Of a DNA stretch of 64,000 nt, positions 1 through 11,493 are shown one piece after another; positions within the stretch are counted from its first letter, which is position 1; every line of letters starts with the position of its first letter. This stretch comes from Candidatus Omnitrophota bacterium. Its GTDB lineage: Bacteria > Omnitrophota > Omnitrophia > Omnitrophales > Aquincolibacteriaceae. A model generated the notes under the pieces. The model had not been told where the DNA came from and made no database searches. It saw only the letters and a program-made list of their open reading frames with translations. The DNA is taken from positions 45,955 through 109,954 of the forward strand of contig CAISGE010000002.1 of assembly GCA_903884815.1 (NCBI GenBank), in the 5' to 3' direction. The position numbers and the translations under genes were made by a program.

Positions 1-773
1 CCGGTCTCGATCGCGGCTTTCGCGCGCATAACGACCTGCCCGCGGCCCGTCTCATACGCTTTTTTGATCCCGTCGCGTCCGACAATGAGTCCGGCGGTCG
101 GAAAATCCGGCCCCGTGACGATCTTGGAAAGTTCTTTGACGGTCACGTCCGGGTTGTCGATCGTGGCGAGCATCGCCTTCGCGACCTCGGTTAAATTGTG
201 AGGCGGAATGTTGGTCGCCATACCCACCGCGATACCGCTTGAGCCGTTGATGAGCAGGTTGGGAAGCTTAGAAGGAAGGATCGAAGGCTCGACCAACGAC
301 TCGTCAAAATTCGGGACGAAGTCAATGGTATCCTTGTCAATATCCGTCAGAAGCTCGTTGCTCATGCTGGAAAGCCGGGCTTCGGTGTAACGCATGGCGG
401 CCGCGTTGTCGCCATCGATCGAGCCGAAGTTCCCCTGGCCTTCCACGAGCGGGTAACGGAGCGAAAAATCCTGCGCCATGCGGACCATCGATTCATAGAC
501 CGCGGTGTCCCCGTGCGGATGGTATTTCCCAAGCACTTCTCCGACAATACGGGCGGATTTCTTGTAAGCCTTGCTGTGGGTGAGTCCGAGTTCGTTCATC
601 GCGAACAGAATGCGCCGGTGTACGGGTTTAAGCCCGTCGCGAACATCCGGCAACGCTCGGCCGACAATGACCGACATCGCGTAATCGATGTAGGAATCCT
701 TCATCTCCTCTTCGATGGGGCGGAGGATGATCTTTTCATTCATTGCGTACAGATTTTTTTGTTCTTCTGCCAT
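1..773 (-). CDS. gyrA: DNA gyrase subunit A, N-terminal part. The gene continues beyond the window start.
   Basis: Reverse-strand translation from the ATG (complement of 771-773) gives [63 protein letters not shown]...[39 protein letters not shown]. This is the canonical GyrA N-terminus with the active-site region. An RBS (aaggga) lies upstream. It is absent from the ORF track only because it is truncated at the edge. Confidence 0.9.
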   Translation of the reverse strand, partial: MAEEQKNLYAMNEKIILRPIEEEMKDSYIDYAMSVIVGRALPDVRDGLKPVHRRILFAMNELGLTHSKAYKKSARIVGEVLGKYHPHGDTAVYESMVRMAQDFSLRYPLVEGQGNFGSIDGDNAAAMRYTEARLSSMSNELLTDIDKDTIDFVPNFDESLVEPSILPSKLPNLLINGSSGIAVGMATNIPPHNLTEVAKAMLATIDNPDVTVKELSKIVTGPDFPTAGLIVGRDGIKKAYETGRGQVVMRAKAAIET

Positions 774-797
774 GATAGCGTTCCCTTTTTTCTTGGA

Positions 798-3651
<2,854 letters not shown>

Positions 3652-3683
3652 GAAAAGCGTTCTTTTATCGGCTTTTTGTTTTA

Positions 3684-4784
3684 TTAGTTAAGCTGCATCG
3701 GCATGATCACGTAAAGATACCCTTCTCGCCCGCGTATCAACCCCGGCTTGTCGGGACTTGTCAGGGAGATGCTAATATTTTCATCAGATAAATTCTTCAG
3801 CACGTCTAAAAAATAGACGGGGTTAAACCCAATCGTGATCTCTTCCCCTTTAAAAACGGCGGAAAGCTCTTCTTTCGCCTCCCCCATATTGGGTGTTTTC
3901 GCGGAAACAATAACTTTGTTTTTAACGAAATCAAATTTGAGCGCCGGCGCTTCCGCGGAAGTTAGTAAGGTTGCTCTCCGGACAGCCTGGAGGAATTCCT
4001 CTCTATTTGCCTGAACGGTCGTTTTTTATTATTTCGGGATCACTTTATCATAGTTTGGAAAATTCCCCTCAATAAGGCTCGAGGTCAGAAAGGTGTCTTC
4101 GAAAGAAAAAATAATTTTATTTTGGGTGTGGACGATTTTCACCACCCCTTCCCACTCCAATAATTTTAAAAGCTCGTGGATGGTTTTTGCAGGTATGATC
4201 ATTTCCGCGCTTTTTGTGTTCTTTTGCTTGGTTTCTTTTTTATAAAAAGCAAGCCTTCGCCCGTCGGTCGCCACAAAGCGGAGTTGATTCCCTTGAATCG
4301 AAAGAAGAACGCCATTTAAAACATATCTTGTTTCGTCATGGGAGATCGCGAACGCTGTTAAAGAAAGGCTTTCTTTAATAACCGCTTGTTCTATCTCTAT
4401 CGCTTCCTCTAAAGAAAAATCAGGGAGTTTTGGGTATTCCTCTTTATCTAATCCCATAATTTTAAAATGGGACTTCCCTGCTTTAATATTCACTGTGTTG
4501 TTTTTCGTTACGGTGACTTCTACAATTCCCTCAGGGAGTTCTTTAATAATATCAAAAAATTTTCTTGCCGGAACCGTGATGCTTCCTGGTTGGATGATCT
4601 CCACGGGAAGAAGCGTGGAAATCCCAACCTCCATATCTGTGGCAACAATCTTCAACTTACCTTCTTTTTGAGTCTCAAGAAGAAGATTGTTTAAAATGGG
4701 AAGAGTGCTAGGTTTTGAGGCGGCAATATTCACACCTAAGGTAATTTTTTTTAAGAGATCACTTTTTTGAACCTTTATCTCCAT
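3684..4784 (-). pseudogene. dnaN: DNA polymerase III beta sliding clamp, interrupted by two consecutive in-frame TAA codons at 4026-4031.
   Basis: The N-terminal fragment 4029-4784 (MEIKVQKSDLLKKITLGVNIAASKPSTLPILNNLLLET...FPNYDKVIPK) and the C-terminal fragment read in the same frame. Manual translation across the gap gives ...YDKVIPK * * KTTVQANREEFLQAVRRATLLTSAEAPALKFDFVKNKVIVSAKTPNMGEAKEEL...YLYVIMPMQLN. The total is 367 codons, which matches full-length DnaN including the C-terminal MPM(R/Q)L signature. The minus-strand sequence reads aaa TAA TAA aaa acg. Confidence 0.6.
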
Positions 4785-4917
4785 AAAGACTCCTTATGCT
4801 TTTATTCTATATTTTAAAAACAGTAACCGTAATAACAGGACCTGTGGATTTGTGCATATCCTACACAACTATCTAAAAAAGAACGAGATATAAAAAAGTT
4901 TTTCTGTGGAAAAGAAC
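4785..4917. promoter_or_regulatory. AT-rich dnaA-dnaN spacer with DnaA-box-like sequences. It may be a secondary oriC element or the dnaN promoter.
   Basis: The 133 bp spacer is strongly AT-rich. The minus strand holds TTTTCCACA (an 8/9 match to TTATCCACA, within ttctgtggaaaag) and AAATCCACA (within cctgtggattt). Confidence 0.35.
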
Positions 4918-6306
4918 CTACTTTTTCAACAGTCCCAAAAGTTTTTCCAGCAAAAGACGAACCTCGACATCTTGGTCCCGTTCTTTTGCGATCTTAGAAC
5001 AAGAGTGGAGTACGGTGGTGTGATCTTTCCCGCCAAAAAATTCTCCGATCTCTGGAAGCGAGTGAGTTGTGAGCTCCCGAATAAGATACATCGCGATCTG
5101 GCGAGGGCGAACAATAGAAACTGTCCGCCGCTTGGCCCGAAGGTCCGAAACCTTCACATTAAAATAATCAGCCACCACCTTTTGAATACCCTCTATGGTA
5201 AACTTCTGGGATTCTTCCTTAAAAGCGTCTTTAAGCACCTCTTGAGCGAGACGGACATCGATCTTGGAGTTTGTAAGGGTGCAATATGCCACAACCCGGA
5301 TCAAGGCGCCCTCTAACTCTCGGATATTAGACTTAATTTTTCCAGCGATAAAATAGGCCACATCATCAGGCACCACAACGGTTTCCCTCTCCATCTTCTT
5401 TTTTAAAATAGCAACGCGCGTCTCAAAGTCTGGCGGTTGAATATCAGTTACGAGACCCCAGCCAAAACGGGAGACGAGGCGCTCCTCAAGACCCGGGATT
5501 TCCTTGGGGGGGCGGTCGCTTGTGACGACGATTTGCTTATGAGCATCGTAAAGAGTGTTGAATGTATTAAAAAACTCTTCCTGGGTGGAGTCTTTTTCAG
5601 CAATAAAATGGACATCGTCTATTAGCAAGAGGTCGAGAGTGCGATACTTTGCTCGAAATTGAGGCGTGGACTTTGTTTGTATCGCGGTGATCAGCTGGTT
5701 GGTGAATTTCTCGCTGGAAATGTACAAGATCTTGAAGTCCGGGTGACGCCGCTTCATTTCATGGGCAATAGACTGCAAAAGATGGGTTTTCCCGAGACCT
5801 GTGGGCCCGTAAATGAAGAGAGGGTTGTACTGTTTGGCCGGAGACTCGCTGACTGCTACCGAGGCAGCATGGGCAAAACGATTCCCAGGACCGATCACGA
5901 AGTCATCAAAGGTATAGCGCTGATTCAGCCCCACAAGAGCCTCTTCCCTTTCTTTCGGGGATTGCGGCGCCGAGGCCGGGAGAGAGGGGGCAGCCCTAGG
6001 AGGCTCCACCACCCGATAGATAATTTTTAAAGAATGGCCAAAAACATCCTCAACCGAAGAGAGGATCAGGTTTTGGTAATGGTCTTCGAGCCATTTTCCG
6101 TAATATTGGTCCGGGACGCTCAGGGTTAAAGCCTCAGGAGAAACCTCAAGCAAAGAAACCGGCTCAAACCAGGTTTTGAAGGAGCGTTCGCTCAATTCCC
6201 GGGAAAGGATCAAGCAAATCTTTTTCCAAAGCTCCACAGCGGAAGTGTTCGCTAGAGGTAAAAGAGGTGATGTCATAGGAAGAAAAAGCTTTCCATTGTT
6301 ATCCAC
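4918..6306 (-). CDS. dnaA: Chromosomal replication initiator DnaA.
   Basis: The 462 aa ORF has the AAA+ Walker A motif (GPTGLGKTHLL), a sensor and Walker B region (LLLIDDVHF) and a C-terminal DNA-binding domain (IAMYLIRELTTHSLPEIGEFFGGKDHTTVLHSCSKI). The 6306 start is a GTG. An in-frame ATG at 6274-6276 (MTSPLLPL...) is an alternative start. Confidence 0.95.
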   Translation of the reverse strand: MDNNGKLFLPMTSPLLPLANTSAVELWKKICLILSRELSERSFKTWFEPVSLLEVSPEALTLSVPDQYYGKWLEDHYQNLILSSVEDVFGHSLKIIYRVVEPPRAAPSLPASAPQSPKEREEALVGLNQRYTFDDFVIGPGNRFAHAASVAVSESPAKQYNPLFIYGPTGLGKTHLLQSIAHEMKRRHPDFKILYISSEKFTNQLITAIQTKSTPQFRAKYRTLDLLLIDDVHFIAEKDSTQEEFFNTFNTLYDAHKQIVVTSDRPPKEIPGLEERLVSRFGWGLVTDIQPPDFETRVAILKKKMERETVVVPDDVAYFIAGKIKSNIRELEGALIRVVAYCTLTNSKIDVRLAQEVLKDAFKEESQKFTIEGIQKVVADYFNVKVSDLRAKRRTVSIVRPRQIAMYLIRELTTHSLPEIGEFFGGKDHTTVLHSCSKIAKERDQDVEVRLLLEKLLGLLKK

Positions 6307-6620
6307 AAGTTGTTAATAGGATAATATTGATTATTTATCAAAACGTATTCGAGAACAAAAAAAATGACACAAAAGCATAAATAGCTTATAAACACGTTAT
6401 CCACAAGAAGAAAAAGGCCAAAATAAATGTTCGTCCCCCAGAAGGAGACGAACAGATGTGGATGCGAAAAGGATTCTACAGCAAAAAAGGTATTTGTCCA
6501 CGAGGAAACAAAAATATTTTTCAAACAAGATCTGAAAAACGCACAAAGCCTTTTTTGCCCAACTAGAAACAAAAGCCAAACAAAAGGCTGGATATTCCAA
6601 ACAAACTTCACTATAATCCC
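6299..6620. promoter_or_regulatory. Candidate oriC and dnaA/rpmH promoter region, containing a DnaA-box cluster in AT-rich DNA.
   Basis: Perfect TTATCCACA boxes occur at 6299-6307 and 6397-6405. Variants are GCATCCACA (minus strand near 6455) and TTGTCCACG (near 6494). Among them lies an AT-rich tract (aatattgattatttatcaaaacgtattcgagaacaaaaaaaatgacacaaaagcataaatagcttataaacacg). A TATAAT sequence sits at 6612-6617, immediately upstream of rpmH. Confidence 0.6.
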
Positions 6621-6626
6621 CGCCTC

Positions 6627-6764
6627 ATGAAAAGAACATACCAGCCTTCCAAGAGAAAACGTCGTAACAAGCACGGCTATCTTGCCCGAAAGAAGACGGC
6701 GGGAGGACGAAAAGTCCTCGCAGCGCGCCGTAAAAAAGGGCGGAAAAAGCTGACCCAAGTCTAG
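6627..6764 (+). CDS. rpmH: 50S ribosomal protein L34 (45 aa).
   Basis: Manual translation gives [45 protein letters not shown]. It is below the track's 60 aa cutoff. It occupies the classic position upstream of rnpA. Confidence 0.9.
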   Translation: MKRTYQPSKRKRRNKHGYLARKKTAGGRKVLAARRKKGRKKLTQV

Positions 6765-6843
6765 CGCTGTGTCGACATTGATTTTACGGTTCACCGCGCT
6801 ACCTCGTGGCCCCGTAAAAATCAAACAGACACGGTGGTAAGCG

Positions 6844-7221
6844 TTGGAGCCCAGGAAGCGCCTTTTTTCAAGCCAGCGAATCCGGCGGCAAGCAACCTTC
6901 AAACTACTCGTTGAGAAAGGAACTTTTTCTCGAGGGGAGTTTTTTTACTTGTGGGCCAGTCGCCGTGCCGACATCGGAGAAGTGTCCCCGAAAGCGAGAC
7001 CCATGATCGGGATCGTGGTAAGCCGTAAAGCGGATCCACGCGCGAGCGGGCGGAACATCTGGAAGCGCCGCGTCCGGGAGATTTTCCGGGAAAAGCAGGC
7101 GATGCTTCACCCCGAAGCCGTTTGCCTTGTGAAAGTCCGGACGACGCAAAGGAAGCCTTCTTACGCGGCCATGGACGAAGACCTCGTCAAACTTTTCAAA
7201 AAAACAGGAGCCTGGGCGTGA
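6844..7221 (+). CDS. rnpA: Ribonuclease P protein component.
   Basis: The 125 aa basic protein (RKRLFSSQRIRRQATFKLLVEKGTFSRGEFFYLWASRR...) fits the RnpA pattern and lies between rpmH and yidD. The exact start is uncertain. Confidence 0.8.
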   Translation: MEPRKRLFSSQRIRRQATFKLLVEKGTFSRGEFFYLWASRRADIGEVSPKARPMIGIVVSRKADPRASGRNIWKRRVREIFREKQAMLHPEAVCLVKVRTTQRKPSYAAMDEDLVKLFKKTGAWA

Positions 7222-7427
7222 AGCACTTTTTGATCCTTATGATTCATGCTTATCGCGCGCTCATCGCTCCCCTTCTCGGTCCTTGTTGCCGTTTTACTCC
7301 CAGTTGCTCCGCGTACGCGGAAGAATCTCTTCGAAAGAACGGAGCGTGGTCCGGCGGCAAGCGGGCGCTCCAAAGATTTTGTAAATGCCACCCCTTTCAC
7401 CCCGGCGGGTTTGATCCCGTTCTATAA
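7218..7427 (+). CDS. yidD: Membrane protein insertion efficiency factor YidD.
   Basis: The motif HAYRALIAPLLGPCCRFTPSCSAYAEESLRKNGAWSGG is the YidD signature (C-R-F-x-P-S-C-S-x-Y). The likely start is the GTG at 7218, which overlaps the rnpA stop (GTGA). The track ORF 7122-7427 starts too early. Confidence 0.8.
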   Translation: MKHFLILMIHAYRALIAPLLGPCCRFTPSCSAYAEESLRKNGAWSGGKRALQRFCKCHPFHPGGFDPVL

Positions 7428-7437
7428 AGGAAACAAA

Positions 7438-9084
7438 ATGGATAAAAATACCGTAAAAGCGATTGTTCTCGCCATGGCTGTCATGCTGTTTTACCCGATG
7501 GTGGTTAAAAAGTTTTATCCTGCAGCGTATCAGAGAACACCGGGCGCCACGACAGCAACGCAGCTCGCCCCCGCAGCGCTTCCCACAAGAGTGCCGCCCA
7601 CGGCCATTTCTGAGGTGACGGGAGGAACGAACCTGGAAAAAGCGGCGGCCCCCGCCGTGACGCTTCTGAAGAATAACTTTTATCAAGCCGAATTTTCCAC
7701 GCTCGGCGGAACCCTCACAAGCCTTTCCTTTCTCGGCGAAGCCGGGAGACAGAATTTTACAAAAACAGATTTTTTTGTGGGTGATCCGCGCGAGTCCGGC
7801 ATTTTCGGGGTGAGTGTTCTTCGCGAAAGAGCGGATCTTTCGGAAACGATATTCAAGATGGCCCGGAAAGGAGCGCGAGGAGAGACCCTGGAGTTTTCTT
7901 ACGAACTGCCTGGCGAATATCAGTTTATCAAGACGTTTACGGTGCGCGAAGATAAGCCCGTGATCGATCTCACCGTCAGGATCAAGAACCTTTCCCCCAT
8001 TACAAAGCATTTCCCCGTGACCCTGAACTACGGCATAAGTTATACCGAAGGCTATCAAAGAAGTTATGGTTACTATGACGCGGCAGCCTATACGGACAAG
8101 GTCCAGACGAAGGGCCTAAGAGATATTAAGAAGAAGGGGTATTTCTTCCCCGAGCAAACCGTGTGGGCGGGATTTATAAAAAAATATTTCGCGCTGCTTA
8201 TCAAGCCGGACGCAAAGATCATCGAGGGAAGCGCTCGCGCGGACACAAAGGATCTTTTTGGAGAAATGACCCTGGAGCCGTTGACGGTTCTGGCGGGCGG
8301 CGAAGGCGAAAGAAGCTTTTTGATCTATGCCGGAACGCAGCGCTACGAAGCGCTTAAAAGCTTTGGCGTTGGATTCGAGGAGGTTTTCTCCAGGGGTTTC
8401 TTCGGGCTCTTCAAGACATGGATCCTTATGGCGCTTAAATTTCTGAACCAATACACGCACAACTTTGGCTGGGCGCTTGTGATCCTCACCTTCTTGATCA
8501 AGCTGGTGTTCGCGCCGCTGACGCACCTTAGTTACTCGAACATGAAGAAAATGCAACTCCTCTCGCCGAAAATGAAGGCGATCCAGGAGCATAACAAAAA
8601 AGATCCCGCGAAATCCCAGCACGAGCTCATGATGCTCTACCGGCGGAATAAAGTGAATCCGATGATGGGTTGTCTTCCCATGCTGATACAGATCCCCGTT
8701 TTTATCGCGATGTTCAAGCTTCTTCCCGAAGCGATCGAGCTTCACGGCGCGCCCTTCATTTTTTGGATCAAAGATCTTTCTTCGCCGGATCATTTCATGA
8801 CGCTCCCCTTCACCGTTCCCCTGCTCGGGTGGACCGCGCTGAACATCCTGCCGCTCACCATGGCGGCTTCTCAGGTCTGGTATCAAAAACTCATGCCGGC
8901 GCAGCCGGGGTCGAGCCCGGAGCAGCAGACCATGATGAGCATCATGCCGGTCTTTTTTGGCTTCATGTGCTACAACATGCCTTCGGGCCTGACGCTTTAT
9001 TGGACGCTGCAGAATATGTTCTCGATCATCCAGCAGGTTTTCATCAACAGGATCGCGATCATTCTGCATCACGAAGATCAATAA
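7438..9084 (+). CDS. yidC: Membrane protein insertase YidC.
   Basis: An ATG at 7438 follows an aaggaaac RBS (MDKNTVKAIVLAMAVMLFYP...). The conserved YidC/Oxa1 core is present (WALVILTFLIKLVFAPLTHLSYSNMKKMQLLSPKMKAIQEHNKKDPAKSQHELMMLYRRNKVNPMMGCLPMLIQIPVFIAMF). The track ORF 7246-9084 starts too far upstream. Confidence 0.9.
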   Translation: MDKNTVKAIVLAMAVMLFYPMVVKKFYPAAYQRTPGATTATQLAPAALPTRVPPTAISEVTGGTNLEKAAAPAVTLLKNNFYQAEFSTLGGTLTSLSFLGEAGRQNFTKTDFFVGDPRESGIFGVSVLRERADLSETIFKMARKGARGETLEFSYELPGEYQFIKTFTVREDKPVIDLTVRIKNLSPITKHFPVTLNYGISYTEGYQRSYGYYDAAAYTDKVQTKGLRDIKKKGYFFPEQTVWAGFIKKYFALLIKPDAKIIEGSARADTKDLFGEMTLEPLTVLAGGEGERSFLIYAGTQRYEALKSFGVGFEEVFSRGFFGLFKTWILMALKFLNQYTHNFGWALVILTFLIKLVFAPLTHLSYSNMKKMQLLSPKMKAIQEHNKKDPAKSQHELMMLYRRNKVNPMMGCLPMLIQIPVFIAMFKLLPEAIELHGAPFIFWIKDLSSPDHFMTLPFTVPLLGWTALNILPLTMAASQVWYQKLMPAQPGSSPEQQTMMSIMPVFFGFMCYNMPSGLTLYWTLQNMFSIIQQVFINRIAIILHHEDQ

Positions 9085-9095
9085 AATCGCACAAC

Positions 9096-9150
9096 GCGCA
9101 ACGCTCAACGGACAACGAATCGTTGCGCTTTGCGCGCTGCGCGCTGAGCG
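9096..9150 (+). terminator. Cluster of GC-rich hairpins between yidC and mnmG. It is a likely terminator or attenuator and has no clear U-tract.
   Basis: The sequence cgcaacgctcaacggacaacgaatcgttgcgctttgcgcgctgcgcgctgagcgttgaacg contains the palindromes caacgaatcgttg and cgcgctgcgcgc, and caacgctca pairs with tgagcgttg. Confidence 0.35.
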
Positions 9151-9160
9151 TTGAACGAAT

Positions 9161-10981
9161 ATGAATCCCATCCAAAGATACGCTGCCATCATTGTCGGAG
9201 CCGGCCACGCCGGCGTCGAAGCTTCCCTTGCCATCGCCCGAGCGGGTTTTCCCGTGCTGGTGATCACCATGGACACGAACGCCATCGCGCGCATGTCGTG
9301 CAATCCCGCGATCGGCGGGCTCGCAAAGGGCCACATGGTCCGTGAGATCGACGCGCTCGGCGGCGAAATGGGTCTCGCGACGGATGCCACCGGCATTCAA
9401 TTCCGCATGCTCAATAAATCCAAGGGCCCCGCCGTTTGGGCGCCGCGCGCGCAAGCCGACAAAAAACAGTATGAGCTTTATATGAAGCGCGTGCTCGAGG
9501 CTGAAAAAAACATAACGCTCTTACAGGGACAGGTCGTGGAACTTCTTGTGAAAGATGGCGTTTGCTATGGCGTACGAACGAAGAGCGGCGAAACATTTTT
9601 TGGTGAGTACGTGATTCTGACCACGGGAACCTTTTTACAGGGACTGATCCATGTCGGCGAAGAAAATTATCCGGGAGGACGCCGGGGTGAGGCGCCCGCG
9701 GTCGGGCTTTCGGATTCTCTGCGCGCTCACGGGATCGATCTGGTGCGGTTCAAGACGGGAACGCCGCCGCGACTTCATAAGGACAGCATTCGTTGGGACA
9801 TTCTGGAGGAGCAGAAAGGCGATGAACCGCCGCTCCCCTTTTCTTATCGAACAAAGGATTTTAAGGTCGAGCAGCTTTCCTGTTTCATGACCCACACGAA
9901 CGAAAAGGCCCACGCGATCATTCGCAAAAATTTGGATCGCTCCCCGCTTTATGCCGGAAGGATCGCCGGCATCGGACCGCGCTATTGCCCCTCGGTGGAA
10001 GACAAGGTCGTGAAATTTCCCGATAAAAAATCCCATCAGATTTATCTTGAGCCAGAGGGACGCGACACTGACGAAATATACATGAACGGATTTTCAACGT
10101 CCCTTCCGAAGGATGTCCAGGAAGTCGCGCTTCGCGAGATCCGGGGTCTTGAAAAGGCGGAAATTCTGAAATTCGGATACGCAATCGAATACGATGCCGC
10201 TCCCCCGATGCAGCTCAAGCATTCTCTGGAAACCAAAAAAATAAAAAATCTTTTTTTTGCCGGACAGATCAATTGCACCTCCGGCTATGAAGAGGCCGCG
10301 GCGCAAGGGCTTATGGCGGGATTCAATGTGATACGGAAATTGTGCGGCCAGAGTGAATTCGCGCTCGACCGGACGGAGGCCTATATCGCCGTGCTGATCG
10401 ATGACCTTGTGACCTGCGGGACGAACGAACCCTATCGAATGTTTACTTCACGCGCAGAATTCCGTCTGTTGCTTCGCCAGGATAACGCCGACGAACGGCT
10501 CATGCTTTACGGATTTCAGTTCGGGCTGATCGGCGAAAAAACATTCGAAGAGTTCAATCAACGATTGGACCGGATGCGGGCCGATGTGAAAGAACTAAAA
10601 GCAAAGCGCTTTAAAAACGATACTCTTTATCAGTATTTAAAGCGGCCCGAGATAAGATATAAAGAATTGCTGTTAAATGATTTGCACTCATCTATTCTTA
10701 AGGACGATGAGATCCATCGCGTCGAAAGCGAGATTAAGTATGAAGGCTATATCGCCCAACAAAAGACCGAGGTAAAAAAATTCTTGAAACTCGAGAAGAA
10801 AAAAATACCGGAAGATCTAGACTACGAAAAAATGCCAGGCATTGGGCGAGAAGCTAAAGAGAAGCTAAAAAAGATTCGTCCTGAATCAATAGGCCATGCG
10901 GCCAGAATTTCCGGGATTTCCACATGCGACCTATCTATCCTGGCGGTTTTCATAGAAAAGACGGCGAAAGAAAAAAGATAA
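9161..10981 (+). CDS. mnmG: tRNA uridine-5-carboxymethylaminomethyl modification enzyme MnmG (GidA).
   Basis: The 606 aa protein has an FAD-binding N-terminus (IVGAGHAGVEASLAIARAG) and a GidA core (MSCNPAIGGLAKGHMVREIDALGGEMG, FAGQINCTSGYEEAAAQGLMAG). Confidence 0.95.
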   Translation: MNPIQRYAAIIVGAGHAGVEASLAIARAGFPVLVITMDTNAIARMSCNPAIGGLAKGHMVREIDALGGEMGLATDATGIQFRMLNKSKGPAVWAPRAQADKKQYELYMKRVLEAEKNITLLQGQVVELLVKDGVCYGVRTKSGETFFGEYVILTTGTFLQGLIHVGEENYPGGRRGEAPAVGLSDSLRAHGIDLVRFKTGTPPRLHKDSIRWDILEEQKGDEPPLPFSYRTKDFKVEQLSCFMTHTNEKAHAIIRKNLDRSPLYAGRIAGIGPRYCPSVEDKVVKFPDKKSHQIYLEPEGRDTDEIYMNGFSTSLPKDVQEVALREIRGLEKAEILKFGYAIEYDAAPPMQLKHSLETKKIKNLFFAGQINCTSGYEEAAAQGLMAGFNVIRKLCGQSEFALDRTEAYIAVLIDDLVTCGTNEPYRMFTSRAEFRLLLRQDNADERLMLYGFQFGLIGEKTFEEFNQRLDRMRADVKELKAKRFKNDTLYQYLKRPEIRYKELLLNDLHSSILKDDEIHRVESEIKYEGYIAQQKTEVKKFLKLEKKKIPEDLDYEKMPGIGREAKEKLKKIRPESIGHAARISGISTCDLSILAVFIEKTAKEKR

Positions 10982-11232
10982 GACGAAGAGAGTCCTTCGA
11001 AAAAAGAAATACCTGCACCAAGGGGCCCCAACGAAAATCCCCCGAGCGATCGCGCGCCACGCATCCTTATAGTCTCCTATAAAGCAACGCCGCAAGCCGT
11101 GTGTTCGCATATGACAAGGTCTATTAGTCTTCGATAGCGCACAGATATTGCCCATCTAAACACAATACAAACTTGACCGTGATGTGATTTTTATTATTGA
11201 TAATCTGGAATTCGCCTCATGATAAAATTAAA

Positions 11233-11248
11233 CGTTTCACGTGAAACA
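11233..11248. promoter_or_regulatory. parS: parS centromere site (cGTTTCACGTGAAACa).
   Basis: The 14 bp perfect palindrome GTTTCACGTGAAAC matches the ParB-binding parS consensus tGTTTCACGTGAAACa. Confidence 0.8.
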
Positions 11249-11374
11249 TGCCAAACGTCAAAAAAGCAGACAAAGGAGTTCTTGCGTAATAGCGCGCGAT
11301 CGCCAGCTCTCGCCATTGGAAAAAGAGAAGGTTTTCGGAAATAAAGTTCTCGATTAAACGAGCGTAAATTTTTA

Positions 11375-11402
11375 TTGCAAGCCTCTGGAATCTGTGTAAA
11401 AT
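11375..11402 (+). promoter_or_regulatory. Sigma70-like promoter for parAB (TTGCAA-N16-TAAAAT).
   Basis: The -35 TTGCAA (11375-11380) and -10 TAAAAT (11397-11402) are separated by a 16 nt spacer, about 90 nt upstream of the parA start. This is a sequence match only. Confidence 0.35.
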
Positions 11403-11465
11403 ACGGCACGGGTAGAAACACAGCCCTTTTGCATTGAGCGCACAATTGTTCGTGTTGCCACGCAT

Positions 11466-11481
11466 TGTTTCACGTGAAACA
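11466..11481. promoter_or_regulatory. parS: parS centromere site, a perfect 16-mer TGTTTCACGTGAAACA, lying between the putative promoter and the parA start.
   Basis: It matches the parS consensus exactly and lies 13 nt upstream of the parA RBS and start. Confidence 0.85.
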
Positions 11482-11493
11482 TATGGAGGCTCT

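Noticed and set aside
4026-4031. The idea that TAA is reassigned to an amino acid (an alternative genetic code), which would explain the in-frame TAATAA in dnaN.
   Set aside because: gyrB (798-800), mnmG, parA, dnaN itself (3684-3686) and many other genes end exactly at TAA at the expected C-termini. TAA is therefore a functional stop in this genome.
8116-9396. A 426 aa minus-strand ORF overlapping yidC and the start of mnmG.
   Set aside because: It is antisense to two well-supported conserved genes. Its Arg/His-rich composition is typical of GC-rich antisense frames.
10982-11493. The long (510 bp) mnmG-parA intergenic region, inspected for a tRNA, sRNA or missing rsmG/jag remnant.
   Set aside because: I found no cloverleaf-compatible sequence and no ORF remnant. 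The content is explained by the two parS sites plus the promoter. Minus-strand ORFs 11194-11445 and 11217-11465 are short, unconserved-looking and overlap the parS/promoter region.
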